From Candidatus Staskawiczbacteria bacterium RIFCSPHIGHO2_02_FULL_42_22 (GTDB lineage: Bacteria > Patescibacteriota > Minisyncoccia > Minisyncoccales > Staskawiczbacteraceae), in NCBI GenBank assembly GCA_001820175.1, contig MHOT01000012.1, positions 124 to 64,123 of the forward strand: a stretch of DNA of 64,000 nt, read 5' to 3'. Position numbers and translations under genes: made by a program. The stretch's first letter is position 1; the number at the start of each line of letters is the position of its first letter. The notes under the pieces are model-generated. The model worked only from the letters and a program-made list of their open reading frames with translations, was not told the origin of the DNA and made no database searches. This document shows, piece after piece, positions 1 to 8,773 of this stretch.

Positions 1-34
1 TACTACTACCAACTACAAACCCACATGTGATACA

Positions 35-2620
35 ATGAAAGAATTTATACTGTCGCTAACTATGCACAAATTTTTCTCTTTCATCTTTAAACAAAAGAAG
101 ATATTGATTCTTGTGCTTTTGGCATTGGTAATAACAGGAATTATTGCACCTCAAGTTGCTTTTGCCTGGGATTCATGGCAAGACATGTTTAGTGATTGCT
201 TTCTTAACCCCCGTTGCATATTTAGTGAAAAATCTGCTGTAGTAAGAGGTACTGTAGCCGGTATTATTGGCGGACTTATTACTATTATAGGATCCCTTAT
301 TCTTGGAATGACCGCACTCTTTAGTTTTATATCGGGAACCTTACTAAACTGGGTTTTGGTAATTTCGACAAAAGTAAGCTATACCAGCACCGATCCGTTA
401 TATAACCCAGTCATAGCTACCGGCTGGCCCATTGTAAGGGACTTTGCCAATATTATTATTGTGTTAGGCCTTGTTATTATTGCCCTGGCCACCATTTTGC
501 GCTTTAAAAATTATGAAACCCGCCAGCTTTTGGTAAAACTGATCGTTGCCGCCCTGCTCATTAATTTTTCTTTGGTAATCTGCGGCGTAGTTATTGATAT
601 TTCCAATGTGCTTATTTCCTATTTTTTGGGCAACGGCAATGCATGGGCATTTCTTTCCAATGATCAGGGATTCGAGGTTGCGCTAAATTTTTCAAAAAAT
701 GCCGCAAAAGACACCCCCCTTGTTTTATTTTCAAGACTGTTCGCTAATGTATTTTTTAACATTATGCAGGGTGTTATTAATTATCTCTATGTCTTTTTAT
801 TTTTATTTAGAATTTTTGCTCTTTGGGTACTAGTACTTTTATCCCCTCTGGCCTTTGCCTGCTACGTATTCCCCAAAACCAAGACCATGATTTTCGACAA
901 GTGGTTGAATAACTTTTTGCAATGGGCATTTATCGGGGCTCTTGGCGCCATGTTTATTTTCCTGGCAAATAAAATAAATATTGCTATGTCAAAAGCGGGA
1001 ACAGGAATCGCTAACTTTAAATTTCCGGAGGGTAATGGACCCGGTAAGATATTTGATTTTATAGGTAACGATGTTACAAAAATATTTACTTTTTTTGTGC
1101 CGGGAATGTTTTTGGTCATCGGGTTTATTATATCACTGCAGGTTTCAGCCGCTGGGGCCAACTACGCCGTCGCAGGGTTTAAAAGGAGCGGAAATGCAAT
1201 AGCCCGAGCGGGCAAATGGACCAGAAAATTCGCAGCGGATAACATTGGATACAGAGGATATACCGCCACAAGCATAAAAGATGCAGTCGTAGATAGAGCA
1301 ACTAGAATTGGGGAAAGTTTAAGGCTTATTAATAGAGGGACAGCAGATACGAATAAAAAAGTAAGACAATCTGGCAAATTAGATGAAAAGGGACGAGTAG
1401 AACGAGCAAATGATATGAACACTCAGCAGAAACTTGCCGTGGCAAGAGAAACACCATTAACCCAAGCAGCTGGATTAAACCAAGCTGCAGTACTTAAGAG
1501 TATGACCAAAGAAGAGTTTGGCCTACTAAGTAATGATGAGCAAATAAGATTATTAAGAAATAGCGAACAGAACGGTTATGGATTAAAACCACATGAAATG
1601 GTGACTAAAATGAGTACGGCTAATCAAAATCGAGTAGTGCGAGAAGATATGTTTGATTCAAAGACCAGAGGAGAAGCATTAAAATCTTTAGCTGGAAAAG
1701 GGCAAATTAATTCCTCATCGTATAATCCAGCTGTAGCAACATCAGCATTAAATCAGGATGAAATTATTAGAGCAATGCAAGACGCAAGAGATAATGGATC
1801 AGATCTAAAAGACATTATTAGTGGATTAGAAGGACAGGATTTGGCTGACATCATCGGAGAAACTAGAACTGCGGCTGCAATGGGGGAGGAACTTTTTGAC
1901 GGAGCAACAAGGGTTAAATTATTAAAAGCATTGGGCGATAAAAAACAAACTGATTTACTAACACAAGTAGAATTAATGGATGAAATGAGGTTGGCTGCGA
2001 TAAATGGAATGAAATTACCAGATATTGTAGGAAAATTAGATAGTGCAAACCAGGCCCATATCATTGAAAATAATCTATTTAATCCAGAAACAAGAGCTAA
2101 AGTAGTAGAATCACTAGCTAAAAAGGGAAGACTTGACCTTATACCAGTTGCCAGTCGATCAACGGCATTTACTGAAGCCATGGATAATGGAGTTGATGCA
2201 GAAGATTTGGAAAAAGCAGATTACCATGCTGCTGAATTCAATCAAGTTAGAATACAACGACTCATAGCTAACGGCGTTGCTCCAGCCAATGCGCCAACTG
2301 AAGCAAGAAGACAGGTCCTCGATAGTACAATAACTAAAATGGACGGGGATCAACTTCGAGGAATTGACAGAATAGATATTACCGCAGATAGAATTGAAGC
2401 ATTGACTCCGGAAAAAGTACTTGAATTCCGCTATGCTAGCACTGACAGAAGAACGGAAATTAGGACGACAGTAAGAGCAGCCCTTGATACAAAGAGAACA
2501 GCTGCTGATGCGGACTATAACATAGCTCAGGTCGCGGGGGAAGTAGCAAAAGCCGAAAAAGCTCTGGATAAATGGACTAAATTGGATAAGCTAATAAAAG
2601 CAATCGATCTTTTACCATAG
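35..2620 (+). CDS. VirB6/TrbL-like polytopic membrane protein with long hydrophilic C-terminal repeat domain (T4SS-like locus)
   Basis: N-terminal signal/TM then 6-7 hydrophobic helices over ~380 aa (e.g. IIGGLITIIGSLILGMTALF, IIVLGLVIIALATIL, VFLFLFRIFALWVLVLLSPLAF). The C-terminal ~480 aa is hydrophilic with ~40-aa degenerate repeats (ETR..K.L..LG). Placed next to VirB3-like and VirB4 genes. Family assignment by architecture and context only. Confidence 0.45.
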   Translation: MKEFILSLTMHKFFSFIFKQKKILILVLLALVITGIIAPQVAFAWDSWQDMFSDCFLNPRCIFSEKSAVVRGTVAGIIGGLITIIGSLILGMTALFSFISGTLLNWVLVISTKVSYTSTDPLYNPVIATGWPIVRDFANIIIVLGLVIIALATILRFKNYETRQLLVKLIVAALLINFSLVICGVVIDISNVLISYFLGNGNAWAFLSNDQGFEVALNFSKNAAKDTPLVLFSRLFANVFFNIMQGVINYLYVFLFLFRIFALWVLVLLSPLAFACYVFPKTKTMIFDKWLNNFLQWAFIGALGAMFIFLANKINIAMSKAGTGIANFKFPEGNGPGKIFDFIGNDVTKIFTFFVPGMFLVIGFIISLQVSAAGANYAVAGFKRSGNAIARAGKWTRKFAADNIGYRGYTATSIKDAVVDRATRIGESLRLINRGTADTNKKVRQSGKLDEKGRVERANDMNTQQKLAVARETPLTQAAGLNQAAVLKSMTKEEFGLLSNDEQIRLLRNSEQNGYGLKPHEMVTKMSTANQNRVVREDMFDSKTRGEALKSLAGKGQINSSSYNPAVATSALNQDEIIRAMQDARDNGSDLKDIISGLEGQDLADIIGETRTAAAMGEELFDGATRVKLLKALGDKKQTDLLTQVELMDEMRLAAINGMKLPDIVGKLDSANQAHIIENNLFNPETRAKVVESLAKKGRLDLIPVASRSTAFTEAMDNGVDAEDLEKADYHAAEFNQVRIQRLIANGVAPANAPTEARRQVLDSTITKMDGDQLRGIDRIDITADRIEALTPEKVLEFRYASTDRRTEIRTTVRAALDTKRTAADADYNIAQVAGEVAKAEKALDKWTKLDKLIKAIDLLP

Positions 2621-2644
2621 CACTGTTTATTAATTTAAATACAT

Positions 2645-3265
2645 ATGATTGAAGAAAAAAATACAATTATACCTTTTAGTAAGAATGCTACAGATATTCT
2701 TTATGGCATAGAAAAAAAATACAAATTAGAAGAAACTCGAGAGGAAACCATACAAAGGATTCATAATCATAAAATTCACAAAATTAATATTGTGGCTACT
2801 CTTGTAAGGAATTTTATATTGGAAGAAATCTCTAATACAGAATTTCTTGATGCTCTCCATAAAGAGTTGCATATCTCAAAAGAAGCGGTAAAAAATCTAG
2901 CTATAGATATAGTAGATAATTTAATCCCGTTATTAGAAAAAATTCCCGAAGATCAACTGGAAGAATATAATAGAAAAAAACGATCAAAAGAAAAAAATAA
3001 AGAAGCAGATGTTAAGAAAACAGAAAATAAAAAGGGGGAATTTCAAGAACAATTATTAAATAAAATAAGAGGCGATGTAAATATCCCGAAACCCGAACCG
3101 AAAGAAACACCAGCGACGCCCAACCTTAAAAAACCCGAAATTGAAGATGTGGAAGATAATGCAAAGGATATTCAACATGTCCAACAAAAAAAGGAGGAAA
3201 CCGTAGTCCCACCAACGCTAAAAGAAGAAAAGAAGGCAGATCCATACCAGGAACCTGTGGAATGA
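2645..3265 (+). CDS. hypothetical K/E-rich protein
   Basis: Long ORF in coding-dense region; highly charged, no recognisable motif. Confidence 0.3.
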   Translation: MIEEKNTIIPFSKNATDILYGIEKKYKLEETREETIQRIHNHKIHKINIVATLVRNFILEEISNTEFLDALHKELHISKEAVKNLAIDIVDNLIPLLEKIPEDQLEEYNRKKRSKEKNKEADVKKTENKKGEFQEQLLNKIRGDVNIPKPEPKETPATPNLKKPEIEDVEDNAKDIQHVQQKKEETVVPPTLKEEKKADPYQEPVE

Positions 3266-3730
3266 ATTTCTAATTGACCTAATCAAACCCCAATGAACAA
3301 TGAGCCAATTTCTAAAATCTACGACTTAGAAGAAAGAACAGCTAAATTTGGTGAAAACATAATAAAGTTTGCCAGAAAAATACCTAAAGATGTCATTACC
3401 TTACCTTTAATAAATCAGTTAGTAAAATCCGGCACCAGTGTGGGTGCTAATTACTGTGAAGCGGATGATGCTGAATCGAAACAGGATTTTAAACATAAAT
3501 TGGGAATTTGTAAAAAAGAGGCAAGGGAAACAAAACATTGGCTAAGAATGATTGTGATTGCCATACCAGAAATAGAAAAAGAAGCAAAAATACTTTGGCA
3601 AGAAGCTAAAGAATTAAATCTTATCTTTAATGCTATTATTAAAAAATTAAAATAAAGCCATTTTAGACATTCGGTATTCTAAATTAGGATTTGATTAGAA
3701 ATTAGGTTAATTAGAAATTAGAAATTGCAT
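3266..3730. mobile_element. AT-rich inverted-repeat cassette 1 carrying a four-helix-bundle gene
   Basis: Left arm ttctaattgacctaatcaaa (3268-3290) and right arm tttgattagaaattaggttaattagaaattagaa (3690-3726) are inverted copies flanking ORF 3293..3655. Confidence 0.5.
3293..3655 (+). CDS. four-helix-bundle protein (PF05635 / 23S rRNA intervening-sequence protein / Avd-like family)
   Basis: ~120 aa. Family hallmarks present: EERT.KFGENII.F, LINQLV.SGTSVGANYCEA and KQDFKHKLGICKKEARETKHWL. Confidence 0.65.
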   Translation: MNNEPISKIYDLEERTAKFGENIIKFARKIPKDVITLPLINQLVKSGTSVGANYCEADDAESKQDFKHKLGICKKEARETKHWLRMIVIAIPEIEKEAKILWQEAKELNLIFNAIIKKLK

Positions 3731-3756
3731 ATTTTTAATATCATTAAAAATTAGCG

Positions 3757-4146
3757 ATGGCACAATACTCCACTCCACAATTTACTGAAAGCGAAGGGAA
3801 AATTATTTCTTTCCTCACCTTTCGCCAATTTTTTGTCCTCGTTGGAGGAGGAGCGGTTTGTTTTGCGCTGTATTACACCCTGCCGTTTGCTCTTTTTTTG
3901 ATTTTAGGGATAATGGTGGCCACCATAACCGCGGCCATCGCATTTTTAAAAGTAAATAATACTTCAGTAGTAACCCTGGTACTTCACTTTATTACCTTTT
4001 CAATCGCCTCAAAAACGTATGTATGGAAGAAAAAAGAATCGGTATATCCTTTTGCTAGTAAGCGGTACGAGGCCAAGGATATGGAAGTGGGCGGCAAAAC
4101 CGCGCTGGATGCTACTAAAAAAATAGTAGAATACCGCAAGAAGTGA
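3757..4146 (+). CDS. VirB3/PrgI-like small membrane protein (T4SS-like locus)
   Basis: 129 aa with two adjacent TM helices (FFVLVGGGAVCFALYYTLPFALFLILGIMVATITAAIAF). Lies immediately upstream of VirB4, as VirB3/PrgI does in Gram-positive-type T4SS. Confidence 0.35.
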   Translation: MAQYSTPQFTESEGKIISFLTFRQFFVLVGGGAVCFALYYTLPFALFLILGIMVATITAAIAFLKVNNTSVVTLVLHFITFSIASKTYVWKKKESVYPFASKRYEAKDMEVGGKTALDATKKIVEYRKK

Positions 4147-4149
4147 ATT

Positions 4150-4650
4150 TATTTTTATTATGAATCTCGAATCTTGTATCTTGTAGCTTGAATAGAATAA
4201 AGAATCATGAATGATGACAATAAAATCAGAAGGTTTACCGATCTTCATGCTTGGCAAGAGGGGCATAAGTTAGTATTAATGGTCTATAGAAATACTGAAA
4301 CATTTCCCGATAAAGAAAGGTTTGGGATAATAGACCAAATGAGACGAGCTGTAATTTCTTTGACTTCTAATATAGCGGAGGGATTTTCAAGGAGGTCTTC
4401 AAAAGAAAAGAACAGGTTTTATTGCATGGCCCAGGCATCATTAGTAGAATTACAAAATCAACTTATTATTTCTAGAGATATTGGTTATTTATCAAATGAT
4501 GAATTTAAAATAATTGCAGATCAGTCAGTGGTGGCAAATAAACTGTTAAATGGACTCTTAAAAGCTACTAAAGATAAAAAATTTGAATCTTAGATTCTTA
4601 ATTCAAAATTCTATTCAAGCTACAAGATACAAGATTCAAGATTCACACAC
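4150..4650. mobile_element. AT-rich inverted-repeat cassette 2 carrying a four-helix-bundle gene
   Basis: gaatctcgaatcttgtatcttgtagcttgaatagaat (4160-4197) is mirrored by attctattcaagctacaagatacaagattcaagattc (4603-4641), flanking ORF 4207..4593. Confidence 0.55.
4207..4593 (+). CDS. four-helix-bundle protein (PF05635 family)
   Basis: 128 aa. Family motifs present: LTSNIAEGFSRRS..EK.RFY..A.AS..ELQNQL. Confidence 0.6.
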   Translation: MNDDNKIRRFTDLHAWQEGHKLVLMVYRNTETFPDKERFGIIDQMRRAVISLTSNIAEGFSRRSSKEKNRFYCMAQASLVELQNQLIISRDIGYLSNDEFKIIADQSVVANKLLNGLLKATKDKKFES

Positions 4651-4653
4651 ATT

Positions 4654-5328
4654 ATGGCAGAGCAATCAACTCAAGATTTTTTAGAATTCAAAGACATTAA
4701 AGAAGGTATTGTTATCCTTAAAAACAACGATATTCGGGGCGTTTTAATGGTCTCTTCCATTAATTTTGCCTTAAAGTCCGACGATGACCGCGCGGCCATC
4801 ATTTATGCCTTCCAGAATTTTTTAAATTCCCTGGATTTTCCCTGCCAGATTGTGGTGCAGTCAAAAAAAATCAACATCACCCGCTACTTAGACACCCTGC
4901 GCGCTCTGGAAGAAAAGCAAACCAACGAACTGCTTAAAATCCAAACTGCTTCATACATAGAGTTTATAAAAAACCTGGTGCAGGGTGATGCGGTTATGAC
5001 CAAAAACTTTTACGTTGTGGTGCCTTACGCCCTTACGGCAATCTTGGGTACTGGTGCTATTACCAAACAGTTCAATATTCCGGATTTATTGGGCAAAAAA
5101 AATAAGGCCGGCGGGCCGGTGCAATCCATCAGCGACGAGGACTTTGAAAAATGCAAAAACCAGCTTTGGCAACGAATGGAATTTTTGGCCCTTGGCTTAA
5201 AGCGTTGCGGATTAGACAGCGTGCCGCTTACCACCCCGGAATTAATTGAATTGTTCTGGTCACTACACCACCCAAGCGAAGCGGAAGTGGGGTATTCACC
5301 GGAGATAATACCGGAATTATTGAAATAA
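4654..5328 (+). CDS. VirB4-family ATPase, N-terminal segment (split gene)
   Basis: Shows the DIKEGIVILKNNDIRGVLMVSSINFALKSDDDRAAIIYAFQNFLNSLDFPCQIVVQSKK pattern typical of the N-terminal region of Gram-positive-type VirB4 (TcpF/Orf16-like). The stop codon abuts the left arm of cassette 3. Confidence 0.5.
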   Translation: MAEQSTQDFLEFKDIKEGIVILKNNDIRGVLMVSSINFALKSDDDRAAIIYAFQNFLNSLDFPCQIVVQSKKINITRYLDTLRALEEKQTNELLKIQTASYIEFIKNLVQGDAVMTKNFYVVVPYALTAILGTGAITKQFNIPDLLGKKNKAGGPVQSISDEDFEKCKNQLWQRMEFLALGLKRCGLDSVPLTTPELIELFWSLHHPSEAEVGYSPEIIPELLK

Positions 5329-5808
5329 TTCCGAATTATCAATTATCAATTTTCAAGTATCAATCAAGTTTTAAATTACTAAATTATCAATATGGAAAAG
5401 ATATTTGACCTAGAGGAAAGAACTATGGTTTTTGCAGAAAATATAATTGATTTAGTAAGATCAATAAAAAGTGACTCGGTAAATAATAGAATTATCACCC
5501 AATTAGTAGGTTCAAGTGGCTCTATCGGAGCAAATTATTGCGAAGCCACAGAAGGTGAAAGTAAAAAAGATTTTATTCATAAAATTGGCATCGCCAAAAA
5601 AGAAATAAAAGAAACCAAGCACTGGTTGCGATTATTAGCCAGAGCTAATCCTGAGAAAAAAGAAGAAATAAGAAAATTATGGAAAGAAGTACAAGAACTG
5701 CTATTAATATTCTCTAAAATAATCAGAAGCAGTAAAACCAACGCGATTGAAAATTAATTACTTGATCATTTATTGATACTTGAAAATTGATAATTGATAA
5801 TTAAGATC
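5329..5808. mobile_element. AT-rich inverted-repeat cassette 3 carrying a four-helix-bundle gene, inserted between the two VirB4 segments
   Basis: aattatcaattatcaattttcaagtatcaat (5335-5366) is mirrored by attgatacttgaaaattgataattgataatt (5771-5802), flanking ORF 5392..5757. Confidence 0.55.
5392..5757 (+). CDS. four-helix-bundle protein (PF05635 family)
   Basis: 121 aa. EERT..FAENII, SIGANYCEATEGESKKDFIHKIGIAKKEIKETKHWL; paralog of 3293..3655. Confidence 0.65.
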   Translation: MEKIFDLEERTMVFAENIIDLVRSIKSDSVNNRIITQLVGSSGSIGANYCEATEGESKKDFIHKIGIAKKEIKETKHWLRLLARANPEKKEEIRKLWKEVQELLLIFSKIIRSSKTNAIEN

Positions 5809-7611
5809 ATGGCTATTCCATTCTTCAAAAATAAAAAGGGGACAGAAATAGAAGAAGAAAAAATCTTTGGCCAAGACACCCTTAACATCAAGGACATCAT
5901 TGCTCCTCCTTACATTGGCATTACCCAGGATAATATTAAGCTGGGAGAAAAAATAGTAAAGTCATTTTTTATTTTCTCCTACCCCCGGTATATAAATACC
6001 GGCTGGCTGTCTCCGGCCATCAATCTGAATGTTCCCATGAACATTGCTTTTTTCATCCACCCGGTTGACAGTTCCCAGATTTTACGGAAATTGCGTTCAA
6101 AGGTGACCCAAGTTTCTTCAGAATTAATAGAGCGCCAGGAAAAGGGGCTTATCCGCGATCCGGCCCTTGAAACATCTTACCAAGACATTGAAAATTTACG
6201 GGATAAAATCACCACCGCCCAGGAAAAAATGTTTCAGTTCGGGCTGTATATTACTTTATTTGAAGAAAATCCTCAAACCCTCAAAGAAACTGAGGTAACC
6301 CTACGGTCTATTTTTGAATCACGGCTTATTTACATAAAACCGGCGCTCTTTAAACAAAAAGAGGGGTTTATTTCCACCCTTCCCTACGGTCTGGATATGC
6401 TTTCGGTTCACGTGCCCATGGACACCGACCCTTTATCCACTTCATTTCCTTTTATTTCGTTTGACTTAAGCTCAAATGAAGGGATTTTATACGGCATCAA
6501 CAACCATAATAATTCCCTGGTGCTCTTTGACCGCTTCACGCTGGAGAACGCAAACATGGTGGTCTTCGCAAAATCGGGATCCGGCAAGTCCTACGCCATA
6601 AAATTGGAAATTTTGCGCTACCTAATGTGGGGAATTGATGTTATTGTGGTAGACCCGGAAAACGAGTATGAATTTTTATCGGATGGCGTTGGGGGCGACT
6701 TTTTCAACATTTCCCTTACTTCAGATACCCATATTAACCCCTTTGACTTGCCTATGCCCGGAGCGGAAGAAAACCCCGAAGATATTTTGCGCTCTAACAT
6801 TATTAACTTGGTGGGGCTGTTGCGAATTATGCTTGGCGGATTGAGTGCAGAAGAAGATAGCATTGTCGACGAAGCCCTCACTGAAACCTACGCCATCCGC
6901 GATATTACGGCCCAATCAAACCCCGCCACCTGGCAGGAAAACATACCCGTTCTGTCCGACTTTGCGGAAATTTTGGAAAGCATGGCGGGAGCCGAATCGC
7001 TGGCCAGGCGCCTTAAAAAATTCACCCAGGGAACTTTTTCTGATTTTTTCAACCAAAAAACCAATATTGCCATGGATAAGCCATTTATTGTCTTTGGCAT
7101 CCGCGATATGGAAGAATCACTGCGGCCGGTGGCCCTTTTTATGGTCATGCGATACATTTGGAACACTATTCGCACCCACATCAAAAAGAGGATTTTAGTG
7201 GTGGACGAGGCCTGGTGGCTGACCCAGTCCGAAGACGGCGCTTCGTTTTTATTTAGCGTGGTAAAACGCGGCCGAAAATACTGGCTGGGGGTTACCACCA
7301 TCACCCAGGACGTAGAGGACTTTATGAAATCAAGTTATGGTAAGGCCATTATTACGAATTCCTCGCTGCAATTATTACTAAAACAATCACCGGCCACCAT
7401 TGACGTGATGCAAAATATATTCAATTTAACTGAACAGGAAAAAATGCTTCTTTTGGAAGCCAATGTAGGGGAGGGACTCTTTTTTGCCGGTAAAAAACAT
7501 GTCAGTATTAGTATAAAAGCCAGCTACACCGAAGACCAGATTATTACTACCAACCCGGGGGAGGTGGAAAAGATAAAGGAAGCTAAAAGGAAACTAAAGG
7601 AAAATCTATAA
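5794..7611 (+). CDS. virB4: VirB4/TraC/CagE-family T4SS ATPase (C-terminal, catalytic segment)
   Basis: Walker A VVFAKSGSGKSY, Walker B RILVVDEAWWL, motif VTTITQD. The N-terminal IIAPPYIGITQDNIKLGEKIVKSFFIFSYPRYINTGWLSPAINLN matches the conserved VirB4 region. The actual start is possibly the ATG at 5809. Confidence 0.8.
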   Translation: MIIKIMAIPFFKNKKGTEIEEEKIFGQDTLNIKDIIAPPYIGITQDNIKLGEKIVKSFFIFSYPRYINTGWLSPAINLNVPMNIAFFIHPVDSSQILRKLRSKVTQVSSELIERQEKGLIRDPALETSYQDIENLRDKITTAQEKMFQFGLYITLFEENPQTLKETEVTLRSIFESRLIYIKPALFKQKEGFISTLPYGLDMLSVHVPMDTDPLSTSFPFISFDLSSNEGILYGINNHNNSLVLFDRFTLENANMVVFAKSGSGKSYAIKLEILRYLMWGIDVIVVDPENEYEFLSDGVGGDFFNISLTSDTHINPFDLPMPGAEENPEDILRSNIINLVGLLRIMLGGLSAEEDSIVDEALTETYAIRDITAQSNPATWQENIPVLSDFAEILESMAGAESLARRLKKFTQGTFSDFFNQKTNIAMDKPFIVFGIRDMEESLRPVALFMVMRYIWNTIRTHIKKRILVVDEAWWLTQSEDGASFLFSVVKRGRKYWLGVTTITQDVEDFMKSSYGKAIITNSSLQLLLKQSPATIDVMQNIFNLTEQEKMLLLEANVGEGLFFAGKKHVSISIKASYTEDQIITTNPGEVEKIKEAKRKLKENL

Positions 7612-7721
7612 TTAAATTCGAAGCACGAAATCCGAAATACGAAACAAATTCAAATGTTCAAAATCTAAATTTTCAAAACTTGTTTCGAATTTCGACATTC
7701 GAATTTCGAGTTTGGTAAGTT
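7612..7721. repeat. AT-rich inverted repeat spacer
   Basis: cgaaatccgaaatacgaaacaa mirrored by ttgtttcgaatttcgacattcgaatttcg; no ORF inside. Confidence 0.5.
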
Positions 7722-8324
7722 ATGTCTAGCGAAGTCACATCGCCACAAGGATTATTAATGCTGATTATTGCCGGCTGCTTTGATATAGCCGCCATTCTTA
7801 TATTTCTTATTGAGGTGTGGGTTGATTTGGGAATTTTCAGCACTTTGGTTGGTTGGACTGGGTTGTTGTTTGTTTTGACATGGGCATTCCTTACCGGACG
7901 CATGTCAGTAACCGATATAACCAACATATTAAAAAGAAAATCAAAAAAGGGAAGTGGGTCGCCAGAAAAAATAGCCGGTTCGAGCGATATGAAGGATTGG
8001 AAACAAAATAAAGACGGGGTATATGAATTACAAAATAAAGAGTCACCAGAAACCGATGATGCAAATAATCAAGGAACCAGTGGGCTTAGTGGGTTTACAA
8101 AGAAATTTGGGTGGGGTTTAATTGTAGAATTAGTTCCATGGATTAGTGCGGTTTTACCAATGCTTACTATGCTTGTTTGGAGATTACTACGAGATGATAG
8201 TGGAGGAGTCAGCCAAAACAACGACTCCCAAGAAGAAGGCCAGTCAGGCACCTTAAAAATGCCGGATAAAAAACCAACCAGCGCGCCGCAAACGCCCGCC
8301 GCACCGGCTGAAAAAGCGGCGTAA
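7722..8324 (+). CDS. hypothetical membrane protein (3-4 TM, disordered Pro/Ala-rich tail) within T4SS-like locus
   Basis: Two N-terminal TM helices, a hydrophilic linker and a third TM (FGWGLIVELVPWISAVLPMLTMLVW). Confidence 0.35.
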   Translation: MSSEVTSPQGLLMLIIAGCFDIAAILIFLIEVWVDLGIFSTLVGWTGLLFVLTWAFLTGRMSVTDITNILKRKSKKGSGSPEKIAGSSDMKDWKQNKDGVYELQNKESPETDDANNQGTSGLSGFTKKFGWGLIVELVPWISAVLPMLTMLVWRLLRDDSGGVSQNNDSQEEGQSGTLKMPDKKPTSAPQTPAAPAEKAA

Positions 8325-8342
8325 AACTTGAGATTGCTTCGG

Positions 8343-8532
8343 CCGCGGCCCTATGGACATCACATCCAGAAACCGCACTCCAAGTCTTGCCGGATTTGCC
8401 AATCTTGGGCAGTTTTCACAAAAAATTTGTTCGGCGTAGCTACGGCTAGGCCTTACAAATTTTTTGCTCCAAGCCGCCCAATATTGCGAAACCGTCGGCA
8501 ACTTTAGTGCGGTTTCTGGATGTGATGTCCAT
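8343..8532. repeat. family-B MITE-like element (27-bp TIR atggacatcacatccagaaaccgcact), copy 1
   Basis: Perfect terminal inverted repeats. The internal sequence is the reverse complement of copy 32318..32497. Flanked by TA on both sides. Confidence 0.7.
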
Positions 8533-8540
8533 AACAACCC

Positions 8541-8686
8541 TAGATTGCTTCGTCGTCACGCCTGCGGGCGCAACTCCTCGCAATGACGGGGGACACAGAA
8601 TTCGCGTCATTGCGAGGAGCCCGCAGGCGACGAAGCAATCTAACGGTGAACGGAGATTGCTTCGCTGCGGCTCGCAATGACGGATT
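8541..8686. repeat. GC-rich palindromic element (GTCATTGCGAGG...GAAGCAATCT...AGATTGCTTC...CCTCGCAATGAC family), tandem pair
   Basis: Nested inverted repeats read directly: cgtcattgcgaggagcccgcaggcgacgaagcaatctaacggtgaacggagattgcttcgctgcggctcgcaatgacgg. Confidence 0.7.
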
Positions 8687-8773
8687 GATGACGAGCTTAA
8701 AACATTATTCACAGTTCAAGGAAAATATGATGTGTTATAAAATTTCCGAATATGGTAAAATATTCGAATAGTT

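Noticed and set aside
862-2353. Minus-strand ORFs inside the VirB6-like gene (862..1161, 1162..1422, 1753..2181, 2159..2353), and antisense ORFs inside the adhesin, PBP1A, uvrB, LTD and giant-protein genes
   Set aside because: Antisense to long, motif-supported ORFs. No motifs, and the composition is typical of shadow ORFs.
3266-5808. Diversity-generating retroelement (Avd-like four-helix-bundle genes)
   Set aside because: PF05635 includes Avd, but there is no reverse transcriptase ORF and no template/variable repeat pair anywhere in the window. The three copies each sit in their own inverted-repeat unit instead.
8446-8771. ORFs 8446..8712 (-) and 8583..8771 (+), and similar small ORFs at 18820..19005, 28115..28390, 38439..38648, 38575..38835, 40060..40272, 56259..56456 and 56344..56526
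   Set aside because: Each is a translation of GC-rich palindromic or MITE-like repeat DNA. They share repeat-derived peptides such as RGAPSR, PAGP and NGDCFAAARNDG, and palindromes read open on both strands. They are not genes.
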